Shown here: positions 9,261-18,420 of the stretch, in pieces
Layout of the letters: every line of letters starts with the position of its first letter
Position numbering within the stretch: the stretch's first letter is position 1
Origin: Flavobacteriaceae bacterium
GTDB taxonomy: Bacteria; Bacteroidota; Bacteroidia; Flavobacteriales; Flavobacteriaceae
Direction: 5' to 3'
DNA length: 32,000 bases
Assembly (NCBI GenBank): GCA_965224465.1
Contig: OZ245049.1
Coordinates: 1,560,001-1,592,000, forward strand
Program-made: the position numbers and the translations under genes
Notes under the pieces: generated by a model
The model's input: only the letters and a program-made list of their open reading frames with translations
Database searches by the model: none
What the model was told of the DNA's origin: nothing

Positions 9261-10385
9261 CTGAATTCAAGTCACAAACGCAACTTTTAGTTAAATAATA
9301 ATTGTTCCATTACAAATATAGGGTTTTGATATGAAAACCTTTTCCTAGGCCTTCTATTTAATTTTCCTTCCACCTGTTTTATCATCTGCTTAGTTAATAT
9401 CGAAAAGTCACTTCCTTTAGGGAAATATTGCCGAATAAGCCCATTTAAATTTTCATTAGATCCTCTTTCCCATGAATGGTAAGGATGTGCAAAATAATAA
9501 TCGATTCCTAAAAATTCAGCTACTTTTTTATGTCCTGCAAACTCTTTTCCGTTATCAGCTGTTATAGTGTTTATATACGGTATCCAATCTTCTAAAAGCT
9601 CATTAATAGCAGCTGTTACAACAGAAGATTCTTTAGATGCTATTTTTTTCATCTTTAGCATCCCAGAAGCCCTGTCATTGATTGTAAGAATGGCTTGATG
9701 ATGATTTTTTCCAATTATTAAATCCACTTCTAAATCTCCAAAACGTTCTCTTTTCTCCACTATATCTGGTCGTTTTTCAATACTAATTCGATCTTTAATA
9801 ATACCACGTGAGTCCTTGAATGCCCCTCGTTTCCTGTACTTCCTTCCTTGTCTTCTTAAATGAGTATAGAGTGTGCCTTTATGCTTCTTATCTTGCCAGA
9901 TATGCTGATAAATACGTTCTACTGAAACAACTTCTTTTCCTTGCTTAGTAAGTATTCCAACCACTTGTTCTGGACTATAATCATCACGTAACAGCTTTTC
10001 AACCTCGCTTCTTATCTTCTCAGTAAACCTAATGTGCTTTCGCTTTTTCTTATGTCTATCCTTCCACTTTCTATGTGCTAATTCGTATTCATAGGAGCCG
10101 CTACGAGCATCGCAATTACGTTTGCATTCTCTACTTATAGTGCTTTTATGTTTCCCTATAGCCAAGGCTATTTTGGACTTAGAATACCCCTGTGATAACA
10201 TACAGGTAATTGTGTATCTTTGTTCTTTGGTTAAATGTGCCATACTACTTCTTTTTCAGAGACTTGAGGGCGTAAGGTAACTATTCCATCAAAACATGAA
10301 GGAGAGGTGACTCTCTTTCTGTTTTGAAAAATAAACCTTAGAGACTCTCAAATCTAAGAAGTTGCATTTACTACTTGAATTTAAG
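9261..10385 (-). mobile_element. IS30-family insertion sequence, apparently intact (~1.13 kb)
   Basis: Imperfect ~26-27-bp terminal inverted repeats: CTGAATTCAAGTCACAAACGCAACTT at 9261-9286, versus the reverse complement of 10359-10385, CTTAAATTCAAGTAGTAAATGCAACTT. They bracket one transposase ORF. Direct repeat TATG (or GTATG) lies at 9257-9260 and 10386-10389. Confidence 0.8.
9287..10243 (-). CDS. IS30 family transposase
   Basis: 318 aa. N-terminal HTH MAHLTKEQRYTI..MLSQGYSKSKIA.AIGKHKSTISRE.KRN is characteristic of IS30 transposases. The C-terminal DDE integrase core includes ADNGKEF and ERGSNENLNGLIRQYFPKG. Confidence 0.9.
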   Translation of the reverse strand: MAHLTKEQRYTITCMLSQGYSKSKIALAIGKHKSTISRECKRNCDARSGSYEYELAHRKWKDRHKKKRKHIRFTEKIRSEVEKLLRDDYSPEQVVGILTKQGKEVVSVERIYQHIWQDKKHKGTLYTHLRRQGRKYRKRGAFKDSRGIIKDRISIEKRPDIVEKRERFGDLEVDLIIGKNHHQAILTINDRASGMLKMKKIASKESSVVTAAINELLEDWIPYINTITADNGKEFAGHKKVAEFLGIDYYFAHPYHSWERGSNENLNGLIRQYFPKGSDFSILTKQMIKQVEGKLNRRPRKRFSYQNPIFVMEQLLFN

Positions 10386-10466
10386 TATGTTTAGTTTATG
10401 ACTTCATAAAAGTCTTGTTTTTACGCGTAATAATGTGGAGTTCCTAATAAATATGTGACTATTTTA

Positions 10467-11300
10467 CTAAGCCACTTTCTTAATTTCCTTTTTTAGTTTT
10501 ATTTCCATTTCAAGCGGTGATAAATACCCTAAACTTGAATGTAATCTTTTGATATTGTACCAAGAGATATATTCATTTATCGACTCGTGTAATTGCAGAT
10601 ATGACATGTACTTGAAACGATAGAGCCACTCATACTTTATGGATTTAAAAAAGCTCTCAGCAACAGCATTATCCCAACAATTACCTTTTCTACTCATGCT
10701 CTGTGTTATTTTCTGATTAAAATATAAAATAGCAGTCATTTTATTAGATGCGTATTGCACTCCTCTGTCTGAATGAAAGATAAACCCTGGATTAATAGCT
10801 CTTGTTCTTCTAGCCGCAATCCACGCTTTTACAATAGTGTTTTGGGTGGTCATGTCCTCACTTAAAGACCATCCTACCACTTTTCTGTCAGCTAAATCAA
10901 TTATCGTGGTTAAGTAATTCCAATCATCATTTACGCGTATATAGGTGATGTCTGACACCCATTTATCTCCTATTTTCAAACTGGTAAACTCTCTGTTTAA
11001 TATATTTTTAGCAATAGGATAATCGTGTTTAGAGTCTGTAGTTACCACAAAAGCCTTCTTCAGAACACTTCGCAGACCCATCTCTTTCATCAACAGCGCC
11101 ACGTAAGAACGGCAATAATACACTCCTTCTCGCTCCAATGCTTTTTGAATTCTATGACTCCCATAGATCTCTTTACTTTCGATAAAATGATAGGTAATCC
11201 TATCCATCAAGTCTACTTTAGCAGTATTCTGTACGCTGGAACCGTTATTGTTTACCCAGTGATAATATGCGTTTTTACTAACGCGCATGGATTTACACAT
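10467..11300 (-). CDS. IS3 family transposase OrfB (DDE integrase core), probably made as an OrfAB fusion by -1 frameshift
   Basis: The 277-aa ORF as tracked has the rve-type core (WVSDITYI ... HSDRGVQYAS ... NCWDNAVAESFF). Its frame is -1 relative to OrfA and stays open upstream of the first Met. The true N-terminus is likely supplied by frameshifting at 11381-11387. Confidence 0.85.
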   Translation of the reverse strand: MCKSMRVSKNAYYHWVNNNGSSVQNTAKVDLMDRITYHFIESKEIYGSHRIQKALEREGVYYCRSYVALLMKEMGLRSVLKKAFVVTTDSKHDYPIAKNILNREFTSLKIGDKWVSDITYIRVNDDWNYLTTIIDLADRKVVGWSLSEDMTTQNTIVKAWIAARRTRAINPGFIFHSDRGVQYASNKMTAILYFNQKITQSMSRKGNCWDNAVAESFFKSIKYEWLYRFKYMSYLQLHESINEYISWYNIKRLHSSLGYLSPLEMEIKLKKEIKKVA

Positions 11301-11347
11301 CTTTTCAACAGGGAAGGATACTCCATTATTAAAAATGAATTTATACC

Positions 11348-11632
11348 TTATCTGTCGCTCTTGGAAAAGATGCCTACCGCCTTTTTTAATATATCACGCT
11401 CCATAGTTACGTTACGAAGTTCCTTTTTTAACGCCTTTAGCTCCACTTCATCATTGGTTAACTCTTTCTTTTTAGAAAAGTCACCCGATTTAATCTCGTA
11501 TTCTCGCTTCCAGCGAGATATCATACTTACATCCAACTCGTAATCTGTACTAATCTGTTTTGATTTCATTCCGGACTTTAATAGTTCTACTATCATTACC
11601 TTGAACTCATTATCATGCTTTTTTCTTCCCAT
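11348..11632 (-). CDS. IS3 family transposase OrfA (HTH)
   Basis: 94 aa. MGRKKH..EFK..IVELLKSG.K..QIS.DYELD.SMISRWKREY plus a leucine-zipper-like C-terminus, typical of IS3/IS911 OrfA. Confidence 0.85.
   Translation of the reverse strand: MGRKKHDNEFKVMIVELLKSGMKSKQISTDYELDVSMISRWKREYEIKSGDFSKKKELTNDEVELKALKKELRNVTMERDILKKAVGIFSKSDR
11381..11387 (-). promoter_or_regulatory. Programmed -1 ribosomal frameshift heptamer A-AAA-AAG
   Basis: The minus strand reads ATT AAA AAA GGC in the OrfA frame, and the plus strand is CTTTTTT at 11381-11387. This is the canonical IS3-family slippery motif. The OrfB frame is exactly -1 by codon-phase arithmetic from the ORF coordinates. Confidence 0.6.
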
Positions 11633-12148
11633 AATTCAAATATATAAATTTATAGGCTTAATAAAACCGTCACAACAAATGTAGACACTCCAAATTGACA
11701 ATACGCACGTGAAACACAAACATAACACTCAAAATAAAATCAATATTAAAAAAAAAGGTTCTTTTTTAGGAATAATAAGTACTGCCTAATATAGCAAGAT
11801 TCAGTAAAAACAAAACACAACACAAACAACTATTCACAAGTAGTTTAAAGTAGTAAACATTCAAAACACAACATAAAAGCATTCGAAAACAACATTAAAC
11901 CCGCATAGAAAATGCATGTACTAAGGGATTTTAGCGACTTTCAACTCAAAATCATTAAAAAAACTAACAGAGATCAACGGCAGAACTAGATGTCACTAAA
12001 AAATAAACATCATTTCAAAAAAAATAAACAGATTGAAAATTGAGTTAACGATACTATTCCATTTTAATAAGTTCTTTTTAATTGAATAGGAACTATTTTT
12101 TACCCTTAAATTTATCAATAAAAATAATAATTTTAATATTTTAAATGA

Positions 12149-13159
12149 ATGATAATGGGTGAATTAAAAAAGAATAAAAAAAATACAAATTCAAATCGGA
12201 CTATCGGTCTTATAGGATGTGGCATGGTAGGAATGAGTTTTATTTATTCTTCCATAAATGCTGGTGTCGCAGAAGAATTTATTCTTATCGATAAATTCAG
12301 CGACCTTTCTCAAGGAAATAGTCTTGATATAGAAGATGCTATTGCAGCTTCTACTAATTCGGGAGTTATAGTAAGAGAGGGATCATATGAGGATTTAGAG
12401 CATGTAGATTTTCTTGTAATCGCAGCAGGAAGACCACAAAAAGATGGAGAAACACGTCTAGATCTAGTAATGGGAAACAGCCTTATAATAAAAGATATTG
12501 CACAAGGAGTTAAAGACAGTGGCTTTGCTGGCATCAGTTTAATCGTATCTAATCCCGTTGATGTATTAAGTCTTGTCTATTTAAAAGTAACAGGTTTCGA
12601 CTCAAAAAAAGTCATCTCTTCAGGAACTGTATTGGATACAGCACGTTTAAGAATAAAACTAGGAGAACTTCTAAATGTTAACTCTGCTTCGGTACAAGCG
12701 TATGTAATAGGAGAACATGGAGATTCTTCTGTAGCAGCCTATCGTTCGGCTAGCATAGGAGGCTTACATTTATTTGAATTCATGAAAATGAAAGGTGTTG
12801 GGGCAGAAAACCTAGCTCTTATCCATAAACAAATAGTTGGAAAAGCTTATGAAATAATAAAACGGAAGAAAGCTTCTTATTATGGGATAGGCAATGTTAT
12901 TGCCGACATCGCAAAATGTATTCTGAAAGATGAAAAAAGAGTGATGAGTGTTTCTATTCTTCTTGATGAAAGTTTTAGCAAACAAGAAGTTTTTGCAGGA
13001 ATGCCTTGCGTTTTAGGAAGAGAAGGGGTTTTGCAAATAATAAAACCAAAACTTTCTATTGAAGAAAGTTTGGCTTTTCAAAAATCATTAGATACCCTTA
13101 TATATTATAATTCGTATGTAAAAAAAGAATTTAATACTGAGATTTTAGAAAGCACATAG
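12149..13159 (+). CDS. ldh: L-lactate dehydrogenase
   Basis: 336 aa. Rossmann motif IGLIGCGMVGMS. LDH/MDH blocks: AGRPQKDGETRLDL (substrate Arg loop), VSNPVDV, DTARLR and the catalytic His in IGEHGDS. Confidence 0.8.
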   Translation: MIMGELKKNKKNTNSNRTIGLIGCGMVGMSFIYSSINAGVAEEFILIDKFSDLSQGNSLDIEDAIAASTNSGVIVREGSYEDLEHVDFLVIAAGRPQKDGETRLDLVMGNSLIIKDIAQGVKDSGFAGISLIVSNPVDVLSLVYLKVTGFDSKKVISSGTVLDTARLRIKLGELLNVNSASVQAYVIGEHGDSSVAAYRSASIGGLHLFEFMKMKGVGAENLALIHKQIVGKAYEIIKRKKASYYGIGNVIADIAKCILKDEKRVMSVSILLDESFSKQEVFAGMPCVLGREGVLQIIKPKLSIEESLAFQKSLDTLIYYNSYVKKEFNTEILEST

Positions 13160-13456
13160 TTATACCAATTACACTCCTCGTATGCTTCTTAAGGTTTCTA
13201 AGAAAACATCCGAGGAGCCCCCACATAAAAAATCTTCTTCAACTATTTTATAAATGGATTTTATGTGATTCTCTTAAAGGCAAAATATTCTTCAAAAAAA
13301 CCTTAAAACTGTAATCGCAAACTGTGTGAAAACCTTTTTTATTGAGAAACAATCGCTAAACAAAAACATAAAACACATATTTTTTAAAATTAAATACTAC
13401 TGTATACATCTTTATTTTTCAAAAAACTCATTATAAATCATTTCTGCTATTTTCAA

Positions 13457-14092
13457 TTAAAATTTATTATCTATATCAACATTCTTGAAAAAATCTGCGA
13501 TTACAAAAGGAATGTTATTTTTTCCAAAAAAAGAATTATACTTGACAAATGCTTTTACTCGTATTAAATAAAACATTCCATTCTCTTCGTAATAAGAGTC
13601 CATATCTTGAGATCGTTGCTCAAATTTATAATTAAAAGGAATAAAGGTTTTATTTATAATTGAACCTATTTTGGCTTCTGATTTAACAACCGTAAAAACA
13701 CAATCTCCTTTTTCTCGTTTGAACAAATCTATAATCTGTTCTAAAATATAATTATTCCTTATAGGGTTCGTAGGTTGTAATACGAGTAAAGCATCTGGAA
13801 ATGTAAAATGATTATTACTTAAATACATAAGAAAATGTTTAATAAATAAGGAACTTGAAGCTTTAGAAGAACAGTATTCCTCTGGTCTTATAATATATGG
13901 AACATCATTTTTCTTGCAAAATTCAACAATCACATTATCGTTAGTAGTGACAAAATATTCAGAAATATATTTAGATTTTTTAGCAAAATTAACAGAATGC
14001 ATAAATAAAGGTTTTCCTAAAAATAAAGCAAAATTTTTCCCAGGAAACCTGATAGAATTTTTACGCGCTGGAATGAGTGCTATTATTTTCAT
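13457..14092 (-). CDS. Acylneuraminate/CMP-sugar cytidylyltransferase family protein (NeuA/KdsB-like)
   Basis: 211 aa. The N-terminal IALIPARKNSIRFPGKN is the signature nucleotide-binding loop of the CTP_transf_3 family. Its start codon overlaps the upstream gene stop (ATGA, 14089-14092). Confidence 0.7.
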   Translation of the reverse strand: MKIIALIPARKNSIRFPGKNFALFLGKPLFMHSVNFAKKSKYISEYFVTTNDNVIVEFCKKNDVPYIIRPEEYCSSKASSSLFIKHFLMYLSNNHFTFPDALLVLQPTNPIRNNYILEQIIDLFKREKGDCVFTVVKSEAKIGSIINKTFIPFNYKFEQRSQDMDSYYEENGMFYLIRVKAFVKYNSFFGKNNIPFVIADFFKNVDIDNKF

Positions 14093-15516
14093 TGAACATT
14101 CGCTATTTTTAAGATTTCTGACACTGCATTATTGATAGCAAATTCAGCTGTAGTCATAAAATAATTAGACTTTTCAACGATTATATTCCCCTGTATTCTA
14201 GCCACTAAACTATTAGAATTTAGTAATTCTTTAATTTTACTCTTTGCTTCGTTTAAAGACCTAACCTCAAATCCTAATTCTAATTCCTGTAGATTAGGGT
14301 GATAATTAGACATGGATGTAGGGTTAAAAACAAATGGAATGGCATCATACACAATACTTTCCATTAAAGTGGATGAAAAAACAGCTACACTAACAATACT
14401 TCTAGACAAAACATTATCTAATGACACCGATTTTGATGGTACAAAAAACACATTTTTATACTTGTTTAATGTTTGTATTTTATCTGAAAAAAATTGATTT
14501 GCAGGATGCTCTCTAATTAATATTTCTAAATTCGGAAATGTAATAGCGCAGTAAGCTGCAAATGCAATCATTTGGTTTATTACAGGAATGGATAAAATGA
14601 AATAAGGCGCTTGAAAAAAGAAAGAAATGGCATTTTTATCTTGAATATTGTAATCGCTAATTTTAAATGGGTAGCCAGTACTTATGAATTTTGGTTTGTT
14701 ATTCACTTTTTTGAAAAGACAGGAAAATTCATTTCCCCATGTTAAAAAATAATCAAAAGGCATGTTCCTAAATCCTGTATGTAATATGCAAGGCCATCCA
14801 TGTTGCAAGCAAATTGTTTTTATTTTTAATTTAGTTGCTATAGATGCTAAGATGTCATAATCTACAATATTGCCGCCTTCTATGACAAGTATGCATGCTG
14901 GATTTAAAACCTTAATAATTAATTCAAAAGTGTTGTATAAATAGTAAAGGTTAGGGAATTTACTTTTTAAAAATTCGTTTGGATATAGTTCTATCTCTAG
15001 CGCAGCAAATTCTATAATTTCTATATTTTTAGGATATGCTGTTGTGTTGTTAATACTTGCACTAGTTAGTACTACTATTTCTTGGTTTATAGCGGATAGT
15101 ATTCCTAAAACTTGTTTTAAAAAACGCTCGTTATAGGCGTAAAAGAGGATTTTATTTTTATAGGGATGTAATACTTTTTCTAAAGATGCTATTATATTTG
15201 AGTTATCGTTTTTTGTATCACTTGAAACAAAATATTCCTTGTTTTCTAACTGTAAATTTTTAAAAGTCTCTCGGTAAAACTCTTCTTTAAAGAATGGATT
15301 TAAACGACCGTTTAAATAATTAGCATTAAACGAAGCTCTTAGTGCATCGTTGTGTAAAGGGATGTTAAAAATTCGTTTCCCTAGTAAAGACCTTATATTT
15401 TCATTGTTTAACATTAAGTAATTGTGGTCTTTATCCTCAATTACATTCAAGTATTCTTCAATTATTTGTTCTATATATTTTAAATATTGAACTCCGTAAT
15501 CTTTTTGGTCCATCAT
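14089..15516 (-). CDS. Hypothetical protein, possible GT-B-type CMP-sugar-dependent transferase (weak assignment)
   Basis: 475 aa. Only weak motif-level hints: a LQHGW block, an EHP (HP) motif followed by VFSST. These are reminiscent of bacterial sialyl-/Kdo-transferase and capsule-synthesis families. Context with the overlapping cytidylyltransferase gene supports this. No confident family recognition by eye. Confidence 0.3.
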   Translation of the reverse strand: MMDQKDYGVQYLKYIEQIIEEYLNVIEDKDHNYLMLNNENIRSLLGKRIFNIPLHNDALRASFNANYLNGRLNPFFKEEFYRETFKNLQLENKEYFVSSDTKNDNSNIIASLEKVLHPYKNKILFYAYNERFLKQVLGILSAINQEIVVLTSASINNTTAYPKNIEIIEFAALEIELYPNEFLKSKFPNLYYLYNTFELIIKVLNPACILVIEGGNIVDYDILASIATKLKIKTICLQHGWPCILHTGFRNMPFDYFLTWGNEFSCLFKKVNNKPKFISTGYPFKISDYNIQDKNAISFFFQAPYFILSIPVINQMIAFAAYCAITFPNLEILIREHPANQFFSDKIQTLNKYKNVFFVPSKSVSLDNVLSRSIVSVAVFSSTLMESIVYDAIPFVFNPTSMSNYHPNLQELELGFEVRSLNEAKSKIKELLNSNSLVARIQGNIIVEKSNYFMTTAEFAINNAVSEILKIANVQ

Positions 15517-15530
15517 GATTATAGTTTGAA

Positions 15531-16832
15531 TTAAGATCTATTAATTACATTTTTTAATTGGTAAAAAAAACGTTCCATCAATCGTAAATCTTCTGTAATA
15601 ATTTCTGCCATGCCTCTCATTTCTTGATTAAAAGAAATTTTTTTATTGTACGTAGTTATTAACGTAGTATCTAGATTAACATCTATATTGTAAAAGCCTT
15701 CCGCATCTGGAATAATTGAAATTCGATTGATAATACCAATGAGCATTCCGTACTCATTTGAGGGGTAGTTTTGTAATTTAATATGTACTTTTTGTCCAAT
15801 TTTAATTTTTCCAAAATTATACGATGCTGCTTTTATTTTCCCTATATAAGATCCAAATTCATTTGGTACAATGGAAAAAACAATGTCGCCAGATTTAATG
15901 GTTTGGGTTTTATTCCAAATATCCACAAATGCAACTTGACCAGAAATTGAAGATATTAAAGCATAGTTATATTCCCAGTCTTTAATCGCTTTTTTTAATT
16001 GGTAAAAGGATTGGATTACATTGTTAAACTGGGTTGTTTCTTCAAATCTTTTATTAATCCAAGTCCCATTTAAGCTTTTGTATAAATTACCCAAGCTTTC
16101 TTTTAATTGAGAAATCTGTGAATTCATACCTTGAGCATTTTTTTTTGCTTGCAGAAATCCTAACTGCTTTAGTTCATAGTCTTGTGCGGATATAATTCCT
16201 TTATCAAATAATAATTGTTGTCTTGAGAGCCCTTTTTCTTTTAGGGCTAGTTCTCTTTTGTTAATGTCTTTTTGAACTATTAAAATTTCTAGGCGTTGTT
16301 TGGTTTGGGAAATGGAAAGCCTGTTTATAGCTGACTCGTTATTAAATGGTTTTAGTTTTTTATTGAGTACGTATTTAGAGTAATTGTTTTCAAAAACCGC
16401 AAAACTTGTAGCAATATCTCCTAACATTAACACTGGTAATTCATGTAGTGGAAAATAAAAAGATGTAGCATTTAAAACAACTTTGTCTGTGAACTTTTTC
16501 AGTAGCAATACGTCTTTGTATTTTGCCGAGTTTTTTACAACTGCCAATAAAGTGTGTTCTTCTACAAATTCGGCATCTTTCACCAACAATGCATCCATTT
16601 GACCATTGGAACGTGAAATTACTTTTTCGGGTGGTAAAGTGGTGGTAACTATTACTTCGCTCGAAATAATATCAGGATATTTTACAAACCACGATATAAA
16701 TATCAATAGCAATACAATTATAAATACCAAGGTCATTCCCCATCTTATCATCCAATGTGGAATATAAGATAGTATTTCTTGTACTTCCTCGCTACGTACT
16801 GCAATATGTGTTGCTTTTTTATTTTTTTTCAT
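15531..16832 (-). CDS. HlyD-family membrane-fusion/adaptor protein for the peptide ABC exporter
   Basis: 433 aa. N-terminal cytoplasmic tail plus one TM (MTLVFIIVLLLIFISWFV). A long coiled-coil-like middle region (QTKQRLEILIVQKDINKRELALKEKGLSRQQ...) is followed by C-terminal beta-rich barrel-like sequence. It sits in the same operon as the C39-ABC gene. Confidence 0.8.
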   Translation of the reverse strand: MKKNKKATHIAVRSEEVQEILSYIPHWMIRWGMTLVFIIVLLLIFISWFVKYPDIISSEVIVTTTLPPEKVISRSNGQMDALLVKDAEFVEEHTLLAVVKNSAKYKDVLLLKKFTDKVVLNATSFYFPLHELPVLMLGDIATSFAVFENNYSKYVLNKKLKPFNNESAINRLSISQTKQRLEILIVQKDINKRELALKEKGLSRQQLLFDKGIISAQDYELKQLGFLQAKKNAQGMNSQISQLKESLGNLYKSLNGTWINKRFEETTQFNNVIQSFYQLKKAIKDWEYNYALISSISGQVAFVDIWNKTQTIKSGDIVFSIVPNEFGSYIGKIKAASYNFGKIKIGQKVHIKLQNYPSNEYGMLIGIINRISIIPDAEGFYNIDVNLDTTLITTYNKKISFNQEMRGMAEIITEDLRLMERFFYQLKNVINRS

Positions 16833-18405
16833 TATTTTTTGTATTTAAAATATCTTTAAAAGCAATACTATCCATAGGGTTTGGAGCGTTTAAAAGATAC
16901 ACGGCATTGTTAGCATCCAAAAGTGTCCATCTAGGTAATTGCACCCAGTTTTTCTTAAAATCTATGAACTTAAAATAATAATTAATTACATCTGACTTCT
17001 TACGATTACGAATACGGTAATGTTGAGTTTTATTTGTGTCCCCTTCTAATTCATGAATAAATTTCGACCATTTATTTTGTTCATCATCAAGCGAAATATA
17101 GATATATGAAGCTTTGTAATCATTTTCTAATGTCTTTCGGAATTGATGTAAATTAACAATATTGGAAGGTGTAATCTTATCATTATATGACCAAAAATGT
17201 ATTATTTTGTTATTGTTTTGATACGACATTAATAGCTCCTCAAATGTGATCTCCCTCCCTGTAATAGTAATTAATTTCTCTTGTAAAACGCTTTCTGGAA
17301 TCATATGCTCATTTATATTGATGTCTGAGGCTATATCTTCAATTTCATCTATATAAGATAGTGGAAGTTTTTTTGTTTTTAAATTCTTTATTTGAGTTAA
17401 AAAAACCTCTTTGTTATGTGCGTTATTCACAAAACCAATCGCATTAAATTCTTTTAGCAAATAAATTATGGCAAGATCTTGAACTATTCCTTTCAATTGA
17501 CTATTTATCATTTTCTTCTTTAGTAAAAACGAATCGTTATCATTCAAACTAGAGTCTAAACGACTAGAAACGTTTATGATATATGCTTTTAAACTACGCT
17601 TAAAATAATCATTATTAATAAGTTCTGGTCGATTAAAATGGTGTAAAGGAATGCTATTAATAAAACCCAATGTGTATCGTTTTTCTTCTCCTGAATTGGC
17701 ATTTATTAATTGGTTTTTCTTGAATGCTTTATTTATATATATGTTGTTTACCTGTTTACTGGAAGTGTTTACTTTGATTTCTCCTTTTCTTGGAACCATC
17801 ATATTAAACAAATATTCAAATTCAATTTCAGATTTCACTAGAATTACAAATTTTTCAGACACCTCAGAATGAATTTTTATATATTGTTTTAGAAATAGTA
17901 GTTGATCATCTTTAATTTTTTTGCATTCTTTTTCGTATCTTTTAAAGTCATTCCAAAAAGCATTATTTTTATACTTTAAAGATATTGAAGTATTCATTTT
18001 ATTGTAAAAATTATAATGAGCTTCGTTTTTCCCTGAAAATGTAACTTTACCTTGGTTAAATGCAATAGAAACGGTGTCACCAGGGCTAAGCATAATTCTT
18101 GTGTTGTGAAAATATTTTCCAAAAAAAACAATTTCCATTAGTTGTGGAGTCTTTACTGCCTTTAATCGTATAAAAAGCGTGTCTTTCTCAATATATTTTT
18201 CTTCTGCTGCATGCTTTTTCCCTTCAAAGTTTGCATAATCGGTAAGGTTAAAATAAGTAAGGTTACTCTTATCTTTTGAGCTTACTTTTAATAAGATGTT
18301 TTTTATTTTTGACTCTAGAACTATCACATCATTTTCTTTTTTTGAATTTTGTTTCTGTGCACAGGATATACATATAAAAACAAACAAACAAATAATTTTA
18401 TTCAT
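16819..18405 (-). CDS. Lipoprotein with a C-terminal thioredoxin-like fold lacking the CXXC motif (module 1 partner)
   Basis: 528 aa. Lipobox FICISC. The C-terminal ~110 aa align by eye to the TlpA domains of the two paralogous neighbours. FWSYNDKIT replaces FWASWCAPC, while the YIYISLD and cis-Pro LPRWTLLD blocks are retained. It overlaps the HlyD start by 14 nt. Confidence 0.6.
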   Translation of the reverse strand: MNKIICLFVFICISCAQKQNSKKENDVIVLESKIKNILLKVSSKDKSNLTYFNLTDYANFEGKKHAAEEKYIEKDTLFIRLKAVKTPQLMEIVFFGKYFHNTRIMLSPGDTVSIAFNQGKVTFSGKNEAHYNFYNKMNTSISLKYKNNAFWNDFKRYEKECKKIKDDQLLFLKQYIKIHSEVSEKFVILVKSEIEFEYLFNMMVPRKGEIKVNTSSKQVNNIYINKAFKKNQLINANSGEEKRYTLGFINSIPLHHFNRPELINNDYFKRSLKAYIINVSSRLDSSLNDNDSFLLKKKMINSQLKGIVQDLAIIYLLKEFNAIGFVNNAHNKEVFLTQIKNLKTKKLPLSYIDEIEDIASDININEHMIPESVLQEKLITITGREITFEELLMSYQNNNKIIHFWSYNDKITPSNIVNLHQFRKTLENDYKASYIYISLDDEQNKWSKFIHELEGDTNKTQHYRIRNRKKSDVINYYFKFIDFKKNWVQLPRWTLLDANNAVYLLNAPNPMDSIAFKDILNTKNNEKK

Positions 18406-18420
18406 AATAATATATTATTA

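Larger units (their letters stand above)
10436..11692 (-). mobile_element. IS3-family insertion sequence (~1.26 kb)
   Basis: Two overlapping-frame ORFs (OrfA, OrfB) with a slippery heptamer. Terminal TGGAGT...ACTCCA ends (10436-10441 / 11687-11692) also share subterminal GTCACA/TGTGAC. The exact ends are uncertain by a few nt, and no clear target duplication was found. Confidence 0.7.

Noticed and set aside
11025-11543. 172-aa plus-strand ORF inside the IS3 element
   Set aside because: It is antisense to well-supported OrfA/OrfB transposase frames and has no recognisable domain.
9261-11692. IS30 + IS3 pair as a composite transposon mobilising the peptide locus
   Set aside because: The two elements belong to different families, are adjacent to each other rather than flanking the cargo, and no matching IS copy is seen at the right end of the locus (26.5-27.1 kb).
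10431-11697. Target-site duplication for the IS3-family element
   Set aside because: The flanking trinucleotides do not match under either plausible end definition (ATG versus AAT, or TAA versus TTG), so no duplication is claimed.
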